Shown: in pieces, positions 29,050 through 32,000 of the stretch
How positions within the stretch are numbered: the stretch's first letter is position 1
Layout of the letters: each line of letters begins with the position of its first letter
Notes under the pieces: model-generated
Databases searched by the model: none
What the model saw: only the letters and a program-made list of their open reading frames with translations
What the model was told of the DNA's origin: nothing
Source: Methanocaldococcus jannaschii DSM 2661
GTDB lineage: Archaea; AGJL01; Methanococci; Methanococcales; Methanocaldococcaceae
Direction of reading: 5' to 3'
Length of the DNA stretch: 32,000 nucleotides
Assembly (NCBI RefSeq): GCF_000091665.1
Contig: NC_000909.1
Span: forward strand, 964,603 to 996,602
Position numbers and translations under genes: made by a program

Positions 29050-30026
29050 AATATAAAAATATCTTAGTTACTGGAAGTGCCGGTTTTATTGGTTTCCATC
29101 TAAGTAAATATTTAATGGATAACTATGAAGATCTAAAGGTTATTGGAATAGATAATTTAAATAACTACTATAACCCAGTTTTAAAAGAAAAAAGGAATGA
29201 AATTTTAAAAAATTATGAAAATTATACGTTTATAAAATTGGATTTTTCAGATTGGGATGATTTAGTTGAAAATTTAAAAGATAAAGAGATTGATTTGATT
29301 GTGCATTTAGGAGCACAGGCAGGAGTTAGATATTCTCTACAAAACCCATGGGCTTATATAAAATCCAATGAAATGGGAACATTAAACATCTTCGAATTTG
29401 CAAGAAGATTTGATATTGAGAAGGTTGTTTATGCTTCCTCTTCTTCTGTCTATGGAGGGAATAGGAAGATTCCTTTTAGTGAAGATGATAGAGTGGATAA
29501 ACCAATCTCTCTATATGCCTCAACAAAGAGAAGTAATGAGTTAATGGCTCATGTATATCATCATCTATATGGTATTAAAATGATTGGTTTAAGGTTTTTT
29601 ACTGTTTATGGAGAGTATGGAAGACCAGATATGGCTTACTTCAAGTTTGCAAAAAACATTTTATTGGGTAAGGAGATTGAGGTCTATAACTATGGAAATA
29701 TGGAGAGGGACTTTACTTATATTTCTGATGTTGTGGATGGAATATTGAGAGCTATTAAAAAGGACTTTGATTATGAGATTTTTAATTTGGGTAATTCTAA
29801 ACCAGTTAAGTTGATGTATTTTATTGAGTTAATTGAAAAATATCTCAACAAAAAAGCAAAAAAGAAATTTTTGCCAATGCAGGATGGAGATGTTTTAAGA
29901 ACCTATGCTGATTTGAGTAAGAGCGAAAAGCTGTTGGGGTATAAACCAAAAGTTACTATTGAGGAGGGTTTAAAGAGATTTTGTAACTGGTTTTTGGAAA
30001 ATAAAGATTGGCTTTTAAGATTATAA
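29046..30026 (+). CDS. NAD-dependent nucleotide-sugar epimerase (UDP-glucuronate 4-epimerase-like)
   Basis: 326 aa; LVTGSAGFIGFHLS, SSSSVYG, YASTKRSNELMAH (YxxxK), overlaps preceding stop by 4 nt. Confidence 0.93.
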   Translation: MKYKNILVTGSAGFIGFHLSKYLMDNYEDLKVIGIDNLNNYYNPVLKEKRNEILKNYENYTFIKLDFSDWDDLVENLKDKEIDLIVHLGAQAGVRYSLQNPWAYIKSNEMGTLNIFEFARRFDIEKVVYASSSSVYGGNRKIPFSEDDRVDKPISLYASTKRSNELMAHVYHHLYGIKMIGLRFFTVYGEYGRPDMAYFKFAKNILLGKEIEVYNYGNMERDFTYISDVVDGILRAIKKDFDYEIFNLGNSKPVKLMYFIELIEKYLNKKAKKKFLPMQDGDVLRTYADLSKSEKLLGYKPKVTIEEGLKRFCNWFLENKDWLLRL

Positions 30027-30042
30027 TTTTTTTGGTGGAATG

Positions 30043-31934
30043 ATGTGTGGGATAAATGGGATTATTAGATTTGGTAAAGAAGTTATAAAAGAAGAAATTA
30101 ATAAGATGAATAAAGCAATTAAACATAGAGGTCCTGATGATGAAGGAATCTTTATTTATAATTTTAAAAATTATTCTATTGGTTTGGGACATGTTAGATT
30201 AGCAATTTTAGATTTAAGTGAAAAGGGACATCAACCGATGGGGTATAATGTTGATGAGGATAAAATCATTTATAGAGATGATGAGTTGGATAGGGCGGAT
30301 ATAATCATTGTTTATAATGGAGAGATTTATAATTATTTGGAGTTAAAAGAAAAATTTAACTTAGAGACAGAAACAGGGACAGATACAGAGGTTATTTTAA
30401 AGCTTTATAATAAGTTGGGTTTTGATTGTGTTAAAGAGTTTAATGGTATGTGGGCATTTTGTATTTTTGATAAAAAGAAGGGCTTAATCTTTTGTTCAAG
30501 GGATAGATTAGGAGTTAAGCCATTTTATTATTATTGGGATGGAAATGAATTTATCTTTTCTTCTGAATTGAAGGGAATTTTAGCAGTTAAAGAGATAAAT
30601 AAAAAAGAAAATATTAACAAAGATGCAGTTGAGTTATACTTTGCCTTGGGATTTATCCCATCTCCCTACTCTATTTATAAAAACACTTTTAAATTAGAGG
30701 CAAGACAGAATTTAATCTTTGATTTGGATAAAAGAGAGATTAGAAAATATTATTACTGGGAGTTGCCAGATTACAAACCTATTTATGATAAAAAGAAATT
30801 GATTGAAGAAGGTAAAAAGCTATTATATGATGCTGTTAAGATAAGAATGAGGAGTGATGTGCCAGTTGGAGCGTTTTTGAGTGGTGGTTTAGATAGCTCT
30901 ACAGTTGTTGGAGTTATGAGGGAATTTACAGATTTAAGTAAATTGCATACTTTTTCTATAGGTTTTGAAGGAAAGTATGATGAAACTCCTTATATTAAGA
31001 TAGTTGTTGATTACTTTAAAACTCAGCATCATCATTACTACTTTAAGGAGAGAGATTTTGAGGAATTGATTGATAAATACAGCTGGATTTACGATGAACC
31101 GTTTGGAGATTATAGTGGATTCCCTACTTATAAGGTCTCTGAAATGGCAAGGAAATTTGTTACTGTTGTTTTGAGTGGAGATGGCGGGGATGAGGTTTTT
31201 GGAGGTTATATGACTCATTTAAACGGATATAGAATGGATTTCATTAGAAAATTACCTAAATTTTTGAGAGTTGTTGGTTCTAAATTACCTGTTAAGAAAG
31301 ATTTAAATGGAATTGCTAATTTGTATTTATTAAAGGAGGCGTTTAGGTTATCCTTAATAAATCCAGAGGAATTCTATGCTGAATCAATAAAAGAAGATGC
31401 GATAAGACCAGAAATTTATAAAAAATGGACTATTGAAAAATTAAGATATTGTTTGAATAAAGGAGATAATAAGTTGGGGGAAGCCCTAAGGATTTTTGAT
31501 TTATTGTTTAATACTTTGTGTGATAATTTCTTAGTTAAGGTTGATAGGGCATCTATGCTAACGCTTTGGAAGTTAGAAGTCCATTTTTAGATTATAGGTT
31601 TGCAGAATTTAGCCAAAAAATTCCAACTGAATGGAAGGTAGATTTGTTCAAAACCAAGAAGTTGATGAGGGAGATTATTAAAGATATTTTACCTGAAGAG
31701 ATAGTTAATAGGGGAAAGCAAGGCTTTACTCCACCATTAGCAGATTGGATTTTAAAAGAAAAATATTTAAATGAGATTTTTGAAAAAGTTGAAATATTAA
31801 AAGAGGTTGATTATGAGTTATATGAATTCTTTAAAGAGAAAGTTTTTAAAAATAAAGAACAAAGTTTGTATAGGAATTATTTGATAAGGTTGTTTTTGTT
31901 TATTAAATGGTGGGAGAGATGGATAAGCCATTAG
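30043..31934 (+). pseudogene. asnB: asparagine synthase (glutamine-hydrolysing), reading frame broken by a 1-nt deletion
   Basis: ORF 30040-31590 (MCGINGIIRFG..., SGGLDSSTVVGVM) ends abnormally at ...RASMLTLWKLEVHF*; ORF from about 31558 in the +1 frame continues LEVRSPFLDYRFAEFSQKIP... to 31934. Confidence 0.85.
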
Positions 31935-32000
31935 TTTCAGTTGTAATGGCAACATACAACGAACCAGAAAAATATTTAAAGGAATCTATTGAGTCAATTT
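31919..32000 (+). CDS. family 2 glycosyltransferase, 5' end only
   Basis: ATG at 31919: MDKPLVSVVMATYNEPEKYLKESIESI, runs off the window; overlaps the asnB 3' end. Confidence 0.8.
   Translation, partial: MDKPLVSVVMATYNEPEKYLKESIESI

Noticed and set aside
29956-31218. Minus-strand ORFs within asnB
   Set aside because: Shadow ORFs of the asparagine synthase gene.

Overview
This is an AT-rich hyperthermophilic methanogen chromosome segment. Its gene order and protein sequences match my memory of the Methanocaldococcus jannaschii MJ1032-MJ1057 region, but I ran no search. It carries corA, srp19, mtd, a ZIP-like transporter, trpB/trpA, the archaeal RNA polymerase operon (rpoH, split rpoB''/rpoB', rpoA', rpoA''), rpl30e-nusA-rps12-rps7-fusA, and a small block (SepF-like, AK6/Fap7-like kinase, carbamoyltransferase, MTH1187-family, HTH protein). 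A sugar-nucleotide/asnB cluster follows. Three protein-splicing inteins can be delimited to the codon, in rpoA', rpoA'' and the UDP-sugar dehydrogenase. The most notable non-coding observations are: (i) two virtually identical 356-bp degenerate IS/MITE copies in inverted orientation flanking a 3.6 kb gene block, with a 5-bp direct repeat abutting their outer ends; (ii) a clear C/D box sRNA between rpoA'' and rpl30e; (iii) a long GC-rich stem in the rpl30e-nusA operon leader; (iv) a GC-rich H/ACA-like RNA candidate after fusA; (v) a string of hairpins between trpB and trpA; and (vi) a single-nucleotide frameshift in asnB. I see no defence island, CRISPR array or clearly new multi-gene system.
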